Source of the DNA: Octopus bimaculoides
Taxonomy: Eukaryota
Direction of reading: 5' to 3'
Assembly (NCBI RefSeq): GCF_001194135.2
Contig: NC_069005.1
Location: 34,491,762-34,555,761, forward strand
DNA length: 64,000 nt
Shown: positions 12,544 through 26,643 of the stretch, piece after piece
Position numbering within the stretch: position 1 is the stretch's first letter
Layout of the letters: each line of letters opens with the position of its first letter
Notes under the pieces: generated by a model
What the model saw: only the letters and a program-made list of their open reading frames with translations
Told to the model about the DNA's origin: nothing
Database searches by the model: none
Made by a program: the position numbers and the translations under genes

Positions 12544-13529
12544 NNNNNNNNNNNNNNNNNNNNNNNNNNNNNNNNNNNNNNNNNNNNNNNNNNNNNNNNN
12601 NNNNNNNNNNNNNNNNNNNNNNNNNNNNNNNNNNNNNNNNNNNNNNNNNNNNNNNNNNNNNNNNNNNNNNNNNNNNNNNNNNNNNNNNNNNNNNNNNNNN
12701 NNNNNNNNNNNNNNNNNNNNNNNNNNNNNNNNNNNNNNNNNNNNNNNNNNNNNNNNNNNNNNNNNNNNNNNNNNNNNNNNNNNNNNNNNNNNNNNNNNNN
12801 NNNNNNNNNNNNNNNNNNNATATATATGCATGTATGTATGTATGTATGTATGTATACATCTATGTGTATGTGTACGCATGTATGTATTATTATACTTGCG
12901 TATGGTCATCTTTTGCCAATTAAACACAAGCACTGTTTATTTGCTTTTCGCTTTAGGTTTATTAATATTATTTATTTATTTATCCTTTACTTTGTTTAGA
13001 AAAAAAAACTACACGTTTATATGAGACTTATTTGGTAAATTAATTCAACATCAAGTATTGTCATGGGATAGTTTCAATTCCTTAGAGAAACACTTCCACG
13101 AAATCGGAACCCTTGCTACGTAACATTTAATACCCCGGTTGTTGACAAAAGAATGCTTTTTATACACCCAGCACATGATTACACACTTTTGTTAAATATT
13201 GAATTCATTTAGTCATTTGTGCCAGACAATGTTATGTATTGCTTCTTGTCGACATAAATATGTTTCCAGCATAATTACGTCTGTATTTGTGCACGCGTTT
13301 ATGCACATGAACATACACATACATGCAGATATATACACAGGCATACATTTTAAACACGTATGGGTATATACATATGTACATACACATAAGTTTAAGTGCA
13401 CACGCAAACACACACACACACACACACACACATACACACATATACAAAAATGAATACATTCCTTCTTACATACATATGCATGTACTATGTATATGTGCAT
13501 ATACATACATACGTACGTACGTATACACA

Positions 13530-13610
<81 letters not shown>

Positions 13611-14459
13611 ATATACATATCATAAAAATATGTACGTATACATATTTACACAGAAAAATACCCTGTTGATGATGTTGAAATTTCAATGAAGGGGCCTTGG
13701 ATCTAGGTTAGAAACCGGCTCTTTCTTTATTGGCAATAAATCTTGAAATAAAATTGAATGACATACATACATACATACATACATACATACATGCATAAGA
13801 ATATTTTCAGATCACTGCTTCAAAACCCACAGCTTGTAACTTTACATTTACACCAAGAATTATGGATGCAGTTGGCTGTGTTTAATGTAAAATACTTGAA
13901 CAGCTTGGATTTTCAGGCAGCATAAGGGACCAGCTAACCCTTTTCTTTACAGAAACAATGTAAAATGTAAAAATATACAAGTTTGTTCTTAAATATAACA
14001 TATAGGCTTTTTTGATTTGTTAGAAACCCACTTCTTATTTATTGAGGGAATTCAGATAATTAAAATAGAGAGAAAATCTAAACAACCTGTTTTGTCTTTC
14101 TCTTTACCCTGGATTTTAACATTGAAGTAAACTTCCATAAGGAACGGAGATACAAATGAAAGTCTGATGGGAAAATGTCAAAGAGCAGGACAAGTAATTC
14201 TATGTAGAATATTGGTGAAAGATACTTAGAAATGTAGGAAGATTGGAAACCTTTCAGGAATTGATTCTGAAAACTGTAGTCATTAAAGAAATGTTTTAAA
14301 GAATTAAACTGTCAACGTTGATTGTATGGAATCAGACTATTTTACCATTTTATGTCTTAGAGAAATCATGTCTTTTTTTCCCCAGCCATTTTTGATGGGT
14401 CATCAAATAGATATGTATGTATATCATATAAGTGCGTGTGTGGGTGTATACTTATATAC

Positions 14460-14490
<31 letters not shown>

Positions 14491-14522
14491 TGTATGTATG
14501 TATGCATGTATGTATTTGTGTA

Positions 14523-14613
<91 letters not shown>

Positions 14614-15265
14614 TACGTACATAACATAATTCATTTAAGCACGAAATAATTTTTCTCTGAAAGTGTTCAGTGATAATTTCCAAATTAATTAAAATTATAA
14701 ACATCTACATGTATGTATGTGCATGTCTGTGTGTGTGTGCGTGTGTAGAAACAGCAACAATGCGAATATAGCAAGCGTTATCATTTTTCCCAAACAGAAC
14801 TGTCATGTAGATTCAGAGATTGGTCACTTTTGACAAACGTGGAGAAGAATATTGAATACAAAAAGTGAAGCGTAAATGTTTTATTAGACACTAAGAGTTG
14901 TAAATCTAAGTCCCATGGTGTCAAGTGTTGAAGGCAGTGACAATAGAAAGGTGGCGTTGTCACAGTATATCAGCGAGAATATTAAAAAGAACCGTTGAAA
15001 TATTGCTGATTAGCAGCACATCGAGATTTGGTTGGTTTTCTCAATAGCCAGTGAGAAAAAGTCCTCTTATCTATTAGCATCATGCAAAAACCTGAGAAGA
15101 ATTCCATGTGCCCCGGCATGGCCGCAGTTCAATGCACATGCGTCAGTCCTACACGATAAAATTAATTCTACAAGTATTGAATTCTTTTAATGCAAAATGT
15201 TGATCGTTATTCACAAATTTACATCTCGAAAACCAACATTAATTCACACCCATATACATACACAT

Positions 15266-15326
<61 letters not shown>

Positions 15327-15417
15327 TAGATATACACACGTATATGTATACACGCACAGACACATACGCATGTATGTATGTATGTATGTATGCATGCATG
15401 TATGTATATACATATAC

Positions 15418-15482
<65 letters not shown>

Positions 15483-16231
15483 TAGGGTGTACGTGGTTTG
15501 CTTGATTTATAACCTTCTTCGTTTATCAAACTTGGCCATCAAGAATAAATAATTGATTAAGAATTATGACTAAGACTAAAAATAAGAAGAGTACAGCCGG
15601 TCACTCGTGTATCATGTTATATGACCCAACACTAAACACCTGAGACAAAACTCTGGAGAGAATCTTTCTAAAATGGCAAACACAGGCGCCATCTTGAAAC
15701 AAAACACAGCATTTGCTTTGTTTCTCGACAGACGCCATTGCCATGTCTCTCTCTTCTCGTGTACTGACGTTATTATAGACTTGTAAATGATATATTTAAT
15801 TCTACGGAAAAATATTTATATCTGATTTTTATTAAATCTTCCATATCTTGTCTAATAAATATTTTATAAAGATTCTATGCTCTCCGTTATATGAATGGGC
15901 TGTATGTTTAGGTGCGGGTGAATATGTGTGTGTGTGTGTTTGTGCGTGTGTATGCATATATGATAAAACGCACTCTTTCTCTCTCCCTCATCATATATAC
16001 ATATATGCAATAGTAAATCTTAAATTATTGGGAGATAGGGAGAGACTGTCAGGGAGAAAGAGAGAGAGAAACTGCCATACGCATTGCCGTATATAGCTCT
16101 ATAACAATCTATCGGTATTTTTCTCTGTGTGTTTATTATTGTATATGTGTGTGTTTATGTTTATGTACTCACATAGACACATACACATACACACACACAC
16201 ACACACGCACGCACACATACACAAACACACA

Positions 16232-16610
16232 CGTCCATCATTGTATCCCTTGGAAGATCTTCGAACACTTTCTTGATTTTGGCCACCAGATTGGTCTTGG
16301 TGTTGCAGAAAGAGCGGTTGGTGTCTTTCCCAACCGCATTCCACACATAGTAATCCACGAGATTACAACTGAAGGAATTAGAAAGCCAGAAATTGGGATC
16401 GGGTAAGTCATAGACATTCTCCGACAATCACTTCTGATTCTCTCCGGAGTTATGGCAAGGAGCTGAATCCTTCTGCTACACATATGGCCTTCCCGCAACA
16501 ACCCTCTCCAACCAGGGTTTGACCACTGTCTCCAGCAGCTTCACAAAGCAGAACTGAGCCCAGGGCTCTGTTCAAAACTGTGACACGACAGGACGTCATA
16601 CTCAGAGTGC
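16232..16610 (-). pseudogene. Tc1/mariner transposase remnant, DD37D (maT-type) catalytic region
   Basis: Minus-strand translation VKLLETVVKPWLERVVAGRPYV*QKDSAPCHNSGENQK*LSENVYDLPDPNFWLSNSFSCNLVDYYVWNAVGKDTNRSFCNTKTNLVAKIKKVFEDLPRDT. There are 37 residues between the QxD aspartate (codon 16467-16469) and the D of DYYVW. In-frame stops at 16476-16478 and 16428-16430; cut off by (CA)n. Confidence 0.88.
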
Positions 16611-17213
16611 CTTCTGTGTAGCTTGCTGCTGGCCACGGCCTCGTACTCCCCGTTGCAGCTGTCCATGTGAAGTCTTGCAGCCTTTACAGGTGTTCATAGA
16701 GCATTGAGCAGCAATCATGATGTCGGCATTTTGATAATCGACGTGAATCATCATGAAACACTTAATCCCTTTTCAAATAGTCAAGCGGCTTCCATTCCTC
16801 CATGACAGCTAACTTTTTCTCAAATACAACTTTAGTCTTTATGTTCTCCAGCGCCGTTCACTATTCACCAATACGTTAACGAGAAGAAAGAATACATGAA
16901 AATCCTTAGATTTAGCGCGAAAACCCACGCACACACACACACTGGTAGAGAGAGGGGAAGGGAGATTCACAGTTATTTTTTCTCAGTTTATTATTACATC
17001 ACACCCGTATTCTCAAATCTCTCATTCACACTCGTTCATTCATTCACACACAAACACACGCGTGCGTGCGTCTCTATGTATGTAAGAAGGGATTGTTCCC
17101 AGCTCTTTAGCTCTCTGTTATTTATTTATTCACTGTTACTCTAAAGTTTGACACAAATACAACAAGCGAATCGTGTCACAAGGTTGAGGTAATATAAAAG
17201 AATAGCAAAAGGA

Positions 17214-17290
17214 GAAAAAGAAGAAGAAGAAGAAGAAGAAGAAGAAGAAGAAGAAGAAGAAGAACAACAACAACAACAATAACAACAACT

Positions 17291-17330
<40 letters not shown>

Positions 17331-17362
17331 AAGAACTACAACAACAACAACAACAACAGCAA
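17214..17362. repeat. Compound trinucleotide microsatellite (AAG)n(AAC)n(ACT)n(AAC)n
   Basis: Adjacent pure tracts, read directly from the sequence. Confidence 0.95.
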
Positions 17363-18051
17363 CAAAGAAGGCATATAAGAAAGTAGGGTACGGAGAAAAT
17401 AGTAGAAAGCATGAAAACTGATGAGAGTAAAACACCAATGAAAGACAATAATGAAAATAAAAACGAAAACTATACAAGCAACGAAACGGAAATGATGAGC
17501 TGTTGAAAACAATGATAGGGAAATGATAAGGACGAGCAAAAGAGAAGCTTCGTTGCATGAGTGGATAGTGAAAGTGAAAGTAGGTTGATAGGTTGTGTGT
17601 GTGAGTGTAATGGAGGAAATTCTCTGTGAAACTCCAATGTGTTTAGATAGTAAATAACTCAGCATTGAAATGTGCTGGCATTGCTCTCGATATTTGTGAT
17701 GCTTTAGTGAGATACAGCCACGATATGAAGAGGATTCAGAATAGATTGTTGTCGGGATTCTCTTGCCATTTTAGTGAACAGATGAGCGAGTAGCGGTGAC
17801 GACAGATTTTCCGGTCGGGTTGGAAGTGGGGCAGGTTACATTTTAGTGGAATGGAAGAAGTACTTTGGAACGGTTTACCTACTTATATGACTGTTCGCTT
17901 CTATCTCTTTTTCCCTCCCTTCTCTCTCACACCCTCATACCCTTCTCTCTTTCTTTCTCTCTCTCTCTCTCTTTCTCTCTCTCCTTGTACTTAGCATTGT
18001 ATAAGCAGATTTATACTCATGTTCACACGTACCTTTAACTAATTATATATG

Positions 18052-18099
<48 letters not shown>

Positions 18100-18109
18100 T
18101 TTATATATT

Positions 18110-18146
<37 letters not shown>

Positions 18147-18866
18147 NNNNNNNNNNNNNNNNNNNNNNNNNNNNNNNNNNNNNNNNNNNNNNNNNNNNNN
18201 NNNNNNNNNNNNNNNNNNNNNNNNNNNNNNNNNNNNNNNNNNNNNNNNNNNNNNNNNNNNNNNNNNNNNNNNNNNNNNNNNNNNNNNNNNNNNNNNNNNN
18301 NNNNNNNNNNNNNNNNNNNNNNNNNNNNNNNNNNNNNNNNNNNNNNNNNNNNNNNNNNNNNNNNNNNNNNNNNNNNNNNNNNNNNNNNNNNNNNNNNNNN
18401 NNNNNNNNNNNNNNNNNNNNNNNNNNNNNNNNNNNNNNNNNNNNNNNNNNNNNNNNNNNNNNNNNNNNNNNNNNNNNNNNNNNNNNNNNNNNNNNNNNNN
18501 NNNNNNNNNNNNNNNNNNNNNNNNNNNNNNNNNNNNNNNNNNNNNNNNNNNNNNNNNNNNNNNNNNNNNNNNNNNNNNNNNNNNNNNNNNNNNNNNNNNN
18601 NNNNNNNNNNNNNNNNNNNNNNNNNNNNNNNNNNNNNNNNNNNNNNNNNNNNNNNNNNNNNNNNNNNNNNNNNNNNNNNNNNNNNNNNNNNNNNNNNNNN
18701 NNNNNNNNNNNNNNNNNNNNNNNNNNNNNNNNNNNNNNNNNNNNNNNNNNNNNNNNNNNNNNNNNNNNNNGTCCAGGGTGTATAATTTTTGCCCATGTGT
18801 GTGTGTGTGTATGTATGTATGTGTTCATGTCTGTACACGTGTGTTATATGTATGTATATATATATA

Positions 18867-18909
<43 letters not shown>

Positions 18910-19071
18910 CATATTCATACACCCCACACACACACTTACATATACATACATACATACTTACATACATACATACATATATACATACATTACATAAGTATGT
19001 GTGCGTATTTGGTTAGGTGTGAACGCGTAGGTATGTCGCTACAACGTTTATCTAGAGATTATTAATACCGC

Positions 19072-19141
<70 letters not shown>

Positions 19142-19585
19142 ACTCACTCACTCTTCCCTTCACTCTCTTTTCCCTCCACTCTAGCTGCCTCTCTCTCATA
19201 TATATATACGTCTCTCTTGGCACTTTCTCATTGTCGACGATATTTGCAAAGATTCTTCCTCATCCTCGGGCCTTCATCTGAGGAATTAGATTAAAATGAT
19301 GAAAGAAACGCGAGATTGTCGTCAAAGACCCTGTAACAAAAGCACATCGGTGTGGAGACAACATCGAATTATCTGGTTGCTGAGAGATGCCTTAGTCTCC
19401 CTTGGCACCTACTTTGAATGTGTGAAGGAGGACAAAGACTACTTTTCATTTAATTGATGCTTCCCTCAAACCATTCCAAAACACGAGTTGCCGGTTTCGC
19501 CGCAGTTGACATGAATCGAAAAGTCCACGCATTACAGGTAACAGGACATCCAGTTGCCAAACGTCAGCATGCATATTCATGTGTA

Positions 19586-19629
<44 letters not shown>

Positions 19630-19843
19630 GCTTATAGTGAGGGATTATCAACGTGAAATGAAGTCATTTGCTCGGTGGCTTAACGCACCGCATGGTCAGA
19701 AATAGACGACCCGACCTCATGAGTCGAACATTCCTACCCAATAAGACATGTATCATACATACACACACACGCATATATACATACATACATATATGCATGC
19801 CCGCACACAAATACGGACATACAAACATATATCTATCTCTCTC

Positions 19844-19947
<104 letters not shown>

Positions 19948-20371
19948 TATACATATATACATGCATACGTATATACGTACATGCATACACACTCATACAC
20001 GTACGTACGTACATACATACATACATACAGGCACAAGCAGATATTTACAAAAAATGATCTTATACATTTTCTGTTTGTATTTATTTCTCAAAACGTCTCC
20101 CTCTCCTGCATTTAAAGACATTCCCAACACACCATCCACACATACACACATACACACATACACACATACACACATACACACATACACACCAACATACACA
20201 CACCATCATGACATCTATATCCTTCCTTTATTTTACAACGTCAAGATTATGTTTCTATTGTAACAAGCAAATGATCTGGTCGCCATTTTGGCTAGTGGCA
20301 GCCATTTTAGAATGCTATTGTATTTCCTTCAACACACACACACACACACACACACACATATGTTTGTGCGC

Positions 20372-20434
<63 letters not shown>

Positions 20435-20711
20435 AGCAACAATGCGTTTGGAAAGATAAGCTTCTGCAAACAGCGATTATTTTCCAAATACTTCATTTGA
20501 TTATACTCCAAGATTCATTTACACACCACCTGCTCTAATTCTATCTTAACCACCAACACCACCAATGCTACGCCTCTGCTCTTCCCCTTCCTCTCACTCC
20601 TCACAATTCTCTCTCTCTCTCTACTTCTTTCTCTCTTATCATTCTGCATTTTAGTATTTCTCCAATTTATTTGACTCTCTCATTCACATTTTCTCTTACC
20701 CTCCTCTCTCT

Positions 20712-20837
<126 letters not shown>

Positions 20838-21221
20838 ACCTCCTCCACTTTCTTTTTTCTAACACATTCCTTTCCTCTAACCTAACCTTCACTTTCTCAC
20901 CTTCCCTTTCCCTCTCTCTCATTCTCCCGATCACCATCATCATCATTTTCTTCTCTCTCTCATTTTTCTCTCACCCTTTCACTGTTGTGCACGCCAACGT
21001 TCTTTCTTCTTTTGTTTTTTCTGTCTCACTCTTTCACTCTCCCTCTCTTTCTTTCTTTCTTTCTTTCTTTCTCTCTCTATCTATCTATCTAATTATGTAT
21101 CAACATATATATATATTATACGTATATATATAAGGATATACATGTATATATGAATATGTATATACATATGTGTATGTATATATATGTATATATATATAAG
21201 TGTGTATGTATATATATGTAC

Positions 21222-21264
<43 letters not shown>

Positions 21265-22604
21265 CTATGTTCAGTTACGATAATAACAATTTTACATTAA
21301 TCTGATGGGTTACTCTGTACTTTTGTAGAGTACAAGTTTATCATACTTAAACAAGAATATCATTGACAGTGACTTCTAAGTTTCGGACAGCTATCTCATC
21401 GTTCGATTGCGATATGTGTATATATANNNNNNNNNNNNNNNNNNNNNNNNNNNNNNNNNNNNNNNNNNNNNNNNNNNNNNNNNNNNNNNNNNNNNNNNNN
21501 NNNNNNNNNNNNNNNNNNNNNNNNNNNNNNNNNNNNNNNNNNNATATATATATATATATATATACATATATATACACACACACATAAAGTGAAAGAAAGA
21601 GCGGAAGGGAGATGGTTAATCTTCCTGTATCTTATTGCTGTCTGGTTCTCTGTTTATCTGTTGACTACGAAATCCAATTGTAGAGTCGAATTGTCAAAAG
21701 TAACCTTATTAGGTTACTTTTGAGTTACATTAACACTAATCACCACTGTATTAAATCTGAGGACCAGGAATGTTTCAGGACGAGTGTATAAAAAATTTGA
21801 CTCTCTGTTCTTCTGAGTAATTGTGATGGGAAGGGATAATGGAAGCGGATGCGTGGCTTCAAGTGGAGAAAAATGAGGAAAGAATGTAGCAAAACGCCAG
21901 GAATTATGTCAAAGACGTGCAAGAATTCAGAAAGAAGAAGAAGAAACTGCAGCAGTTAGCTGTTATCAAGGGGTTGGAGTTCAGTGGTGTGTTTGTATGA
22001 AAGGAGTGTAAAAGAGTTGAATGGTGTCTGTGTTTTATTTTATGCGTGTGACGAAGAGATAAAAGGAGGATTGAAAGAACTGAAGGGGAAAAAAATACAG
22101 GTTAGTTAATTCTGACAAGAAGGGAAGAACGTCACCAACGGAAGAATCAATAGTTGTTCACAAAAGAGGGCGATTGGAGGATGACACTAGGCAGAAAGAT
22201 CACGGAAGGATTGACCAATTGATCTCAAATGTTGTGCAACAAGTTTAAAAGGTTTGTAGATGTTGTACATCAAGAAAATACTCTTCAAATCGATATGTTA
22301 ACCTGTTTATATTCAAAGTCACAACAACCCATTTTATTCAATAAATTACTTTAATTAAGGTAATGTTTATCTTTCGAGCAAGTTGTCTGTTTCTTGGCAT
22401 CTTTTAATCTGTCTATTTCTAGTTAGTTAATAATCTCTCTGTCTGTTTCACTCTCCGTTTATTGATCGACTTATCTACCTATTTGCTCGGCAAGCTAATA
22501 ATAACAACTAAATTCCCCTCAAATTTCATCTTTAAAATAGAATAAAGCATTAGATAATGTGCATCTTATTTGAAGGAAAAACGCAGGCCTATAAAGTGTG
22601 AGAT

Positions 22605-22716
22605 GCTTACAGCAACTAGGTTTCCCAAGCGGTCACCCATCTAAGTACTCACTTGGTTCGACGTTGCTTAACTTCGGTGATCAAACGAGAACCGATGCAT
22701 TCAACGTGATATGGCC
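22605..22716 (-). rRNA. 5S rRNA-derived sequence, solitary, 5'-truncated by about 6 nt, probably a pseudogene
   Basis: Reverse complement GGCCATATCACGTTGAATGCATCGGTTCTCGTTTGATCACCGAAGTTAAGCAACGTCGAACCAAGTGAGTACTTAGATGGGTGACCGCTTGGGAAACCTAGTTGCTGTAAGC is colinear with metazoan 5S, including box A and box C. The 5' strand of helix I is missing, there is no tandem copy, and the nearest T5 run is about 23 nt downstream. Confidence 0.92.
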
Positions 22717-22763
22717 CAGAAGTAACAGCTTGACTCAAGGACCTTGAGTCACTGTTACTTCTG
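22717..22763. repeat. 47-bp near-perfect palindrome
   Basis: CAGAAGTAACAG (22717-28) pairs with CTGTTACTTCTG (22752-63), and TGACTCAAGG (22731-40) pairs with CCTTGAGTCA (22742-51). 2-nt bulge, 1-nt centre. Confidence 0.95.
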
Positions 22764-22893
22764 CTAAATATTAATAAAAATATACACATACTCATATTTT
22801 GAAGTCTATTTTTTCTGTTTGCATCGCCATATCTGTATATATATATGTATGTGTGTGTGGATGTATGTATGTATGTGTATAGCTATCTATCTA

Positions 22894-22945
<52 letters not shown>

Positions 22946-23283
22946 GATAGATATATATATACATATATACATATATATATACACACACGCACACATATAA
23001 ATACACACACACGCACACACACACGTTAGTGTGTTTCTAAAATTACAAATCTACCACAATATCGTGGTTATGAATGAGTGTGTGTAAGGAAATCCTGAAC
23101 CATATCTTTAATATATGTTTAGCGTCACCGAAGAGAATAGAGCTCGTGGTTAGACCAGAAAAGTTTTGTCCGGTTGGTCTGGCTGCTTATTTCCACGCAG
23201 AAGCACAACTAAATACATGTTTATAATCTATATTGTATAGGGTTTCACCATACATAATTATTATATGTCTCTATATCTCTCTT

Positions 23284-23317
<34 letters not shown>

Positions 23318-23343
23318 TTTGTACGTGAGTGTATCTATGCGTC

Positions 23344-23374
<31 letters not shown>

Positions 23375-23962
23375 GTAACTATACATTTATCATCAACCAC
23401 TTACAATCAAGCTATCTTTCTGTTCCATGTTAGAATAACCAAGAGCTGCTTTTATGGATACAACGCCCCGCACTCTCCCTCTCATCCCCCAGCAGACATT
23501 CCATTGCCATACAAACATGCAAAGTATCAATTAAAATGTGATCAGTCGTCCTATTGACCTTTTAGCTCTAAATTCTACACACTTTACTTGAAACGACACC
23601 AGGAATTTTAATGTCCTTAAAGGATACACAAAGAGACACTAAGTATAAATCACAGTCAACAGAGACACGTTTGCTCGTATGTTTAGGTCCATACAGAACG
23701 TCAATAAACCACCAGCGACACACCCACAAGACTCCCGACGCTTTGTCTGCAGAGGAACATTGCAATGTAAACCAGAACTATCATGGTGGCAGTGGTGGTG
23801 GTGGTGGTGGTGGTGGTGGTGGTGGTGGTGGTGGTTGCGGTAAATGCTACACTAATGCAAACATTTCATTTTCCAGGCAACAACAGGAGAAAACTTCAGA
23901 TTTTTTTCTATGTTATTCTGACCTCGTTAGTAAAGTATTACTTTCAATACAAATACCGCAGT

Positions 23963-24187
23963 TAAGACGACGAGCTGCCAGAAACGTTAGCCTTTCCGGC
24001 AGAATGCTTAGCGGCATTTCTTTCGTCTTTACGTTTTACGTTCAAATTCCGCCGAGGTCGACTTTGCCTTTTGTCTTTTCGGGGTTGATAAAATAGATAC
24101 CAGTTGAAGACTGGGATCGATTCAATCGGCTTGCCCCCACCCCCACCCAGAATAACTACTGGCCTTGTGCCAAAATTTGAAATCAAT
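23963..24187 (+). mobile_element. tRNA-type SINE, family A, near full length
   Basis: A-box-like GAGCTGCCAGAAACGTTAG, B-box-like GTTCAAATTCC, body CCGAGGTCGACTTTGCCTTT...GATAAAA...CCAGTTG and tail GGCCTTGTGCCAAAATTTGAAA, all shared with many other copies in the window. Confidence 0.85.
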
Positions 24188-24944
24188 ATCTGTAAGTGAT
24201 CAACGTCTGCGAGAAAGAAAAAAAAACATTGGAAGAGAGACAGCTGAGAATCTGTTCTGAATTATTACAAGAAAGCAAACTCTTCTAATGACACATACGG
24301 ACCGAGTTTTGTTGGTGTACCCCGATCGTACAGAACCTATAATCAAAAGTATTACAGCCGTGACCACCCCGTCTTTTTCGTAGTTGTGTCTGATAAATTT
24401 CATCGTTAAGACCGCAGGAAAAGATGTCTTCGTTGGTCGAGCATCCACATCGAGTTTCCCTCAGAGTGACACGATAATGCTTCCACTGGCATTTGTCATA
24501 TTTCCTCATCAATGGTTGTGGTTAATTTAAGATGTCTGCCGTTTAATATTATCACATTAATACTGTGGCATAGGGTTGCTTATGCGAAAGTCTAGTCGAA
24601 CGTTGCGTGACTTTCTTACAGATAGAATTGTCGTCTGTTTGACATTCAATATACATTATATGGAGATAACTTCCTTTATGTAAGTAGCTTCATGGAAGCT
24701 CAATCGTTCCCCAGCTAGAAATATTAAACAGTTGAACGATATTAAAAGTAACTTATTGACTGAGACAAACGAGATAAAGTACGCTATTAAACATCCTTCG
24801 GGTAGAATTTAGTGTAATTTGCAAGTTTATGACAGGCAGAGTCCGAAAACCACTTTTGGTCCCCGCTAATAACTTAGTGAACTTCAAAAATGTAACAAAG
24901 TTGCTTGGGATACGCATAAACACCACAACTTCTTTTCATTGGAG

Positions 24945-25120
24945 AGAGGCCAGTCGTTTAGATCGACCTCAGTACGCAACTAATACTTAATATATCGACC
25001 TCAAAAGAATGAAAGGCAAAGTCGACCTCGGTGGAATTTGAACTCAGAACGTCAAGACGGGCGAAATACCACTAAGAATTTTGCCCGGCGTGCTAACAAC
25101 TCTGCCAGCTCACTGCCTTA
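24945..25120 (-). mobile_element. SINE family A
   Basis: Reverse complement of the family A body: GAAAGGCAAAGTCGACCTCGGTGGAATTTGAACTCAGAACGT...TGCTAACAACTCTGCCAGCTC. Confidence 0.85.
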
Positions 25121-26007
25121 GAGGAGAAAGGAATATTAACAAACTGAACTAGAAATGAGTTTGTCGCCTGGAAAAGAAAAAGGCGATAGAAGTTAATTTC
25201 TCAGATGAGGTTTCAATCTACATCGATATTCATTATACTGCTGCTTTCTTTTTATTTTTACTACTTTCATGCTTTTCGTTTTTTAATCATGTTTTTCTTT
25301 TCTGTTTTTTTTTTATATACTTAATACTCTGGAAACAAAATGGCCGAATGGACTGGAAGAATAAAGAATAAAGAGTAATGAATATAGTAAGGTGCTATAC
25401 AATTTGTGTCAATTCTATCAGCTTCCATCAAACGTTAAGGAAGTTTCGATGAGACGTGCTATGACAACAAAACTTTGAAGGAATCAGATCGCAAATGTCA
25501 CCAATTGATCAACGAAACAGATAAAATGCTTTTAACGATCGGAAAACTTCAACAACGATAGTTTTGTCGTTTGTTCTTTCGTTTCGTTTTCCCCCTTTTT
25601 GCTTTGCCTTCCTTTTAGGTTTTAGTTGTTGTTGTTGTTGTTGTTTTCTTTCGATAAAGAAATAATATAGGAACTTCTCCACTGTAAATGTAATTCTATT
25701 CAAGTGTCTTCTACAACAAAACAAACAAGTTGAACCCAAGTTTGTCGATTTTCTTCACAGTTTTGCAAACACAGAACAACACATCGTATCAAATATTAGA
25801 AAATAGAAGATAATAACTTGAGAGAGATTCACTTCTATGGGAGAAGCAGGGGGGAAGGAGGGAAAGAGGGAGTGCGTGTGTGAGGGTGTATAAATACGTG
25901 TAAGTTTGTGGTTCTGTTTTGAATGGAAAACATTTGCATAGAGAAAGAATTACATTATCGTTTTAATTGTCATCACAAACAATAATGTACAGACATTGTT
26001 CTTTAAC

Positions 26008-26038
<31 letters not shown>

Positions 26039-26609
26039 GGTGACTGTTGCTGCTGTTGCTGTTGTTGTTTATGATGATGGAATTGATGTTGTTTACTCGT
26101 GTTATTTATATTCTTATTAATGTTGCTGTGTTGTTATGGAGTTCTAATTGTTGTTATTGCTTCTGCTGCTGCTGCTGCGGCTACTACTTCTACTACTACT
26201 ACGCTGGTTTGTGGTGATGTTGATGATGTTATCAAACGTACTGTTTGACTTTCTCCGCCATTTCCATCCAATCAATATTCAAATGAAACAACAAAGTCGG
26301 GAAATTAATTCCCAAACTAAACATGAACGAGGCGTAAATGAACGGTTAAGGAAAGTGGCATCAATTCTGAAGGGTGGAGGATGAAGTGAGGCGGGGGACA
26401 TTGAACGTAGATGAAGGCCATGGCGGGTAGAGAAAGTGGTGAGCGCCTTAATATAGCACTACTCAGAAGAATTTGGAAGATTGACTCAATAAACTTACAC
26501 TGCACGCCTCAATGAATGGGTTCCATAGCGGGTAATAGGTCTCGAATCGAATTTCATTCTGCAACATGTTATATTTATATATGTATGTGTATGTGTGTGT
26601 GTGCGCGTG

Positions 26610-26643
<34 letters not shown>

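Noticed and set aside
10526-15552. Many HTHT, VCVC, YIYI and LSLS ORFs here and throughout the window
   Set aside because: Translations of (CA)n, (TA)n, (CT)n and (CATA)n repeats; no protein signal.
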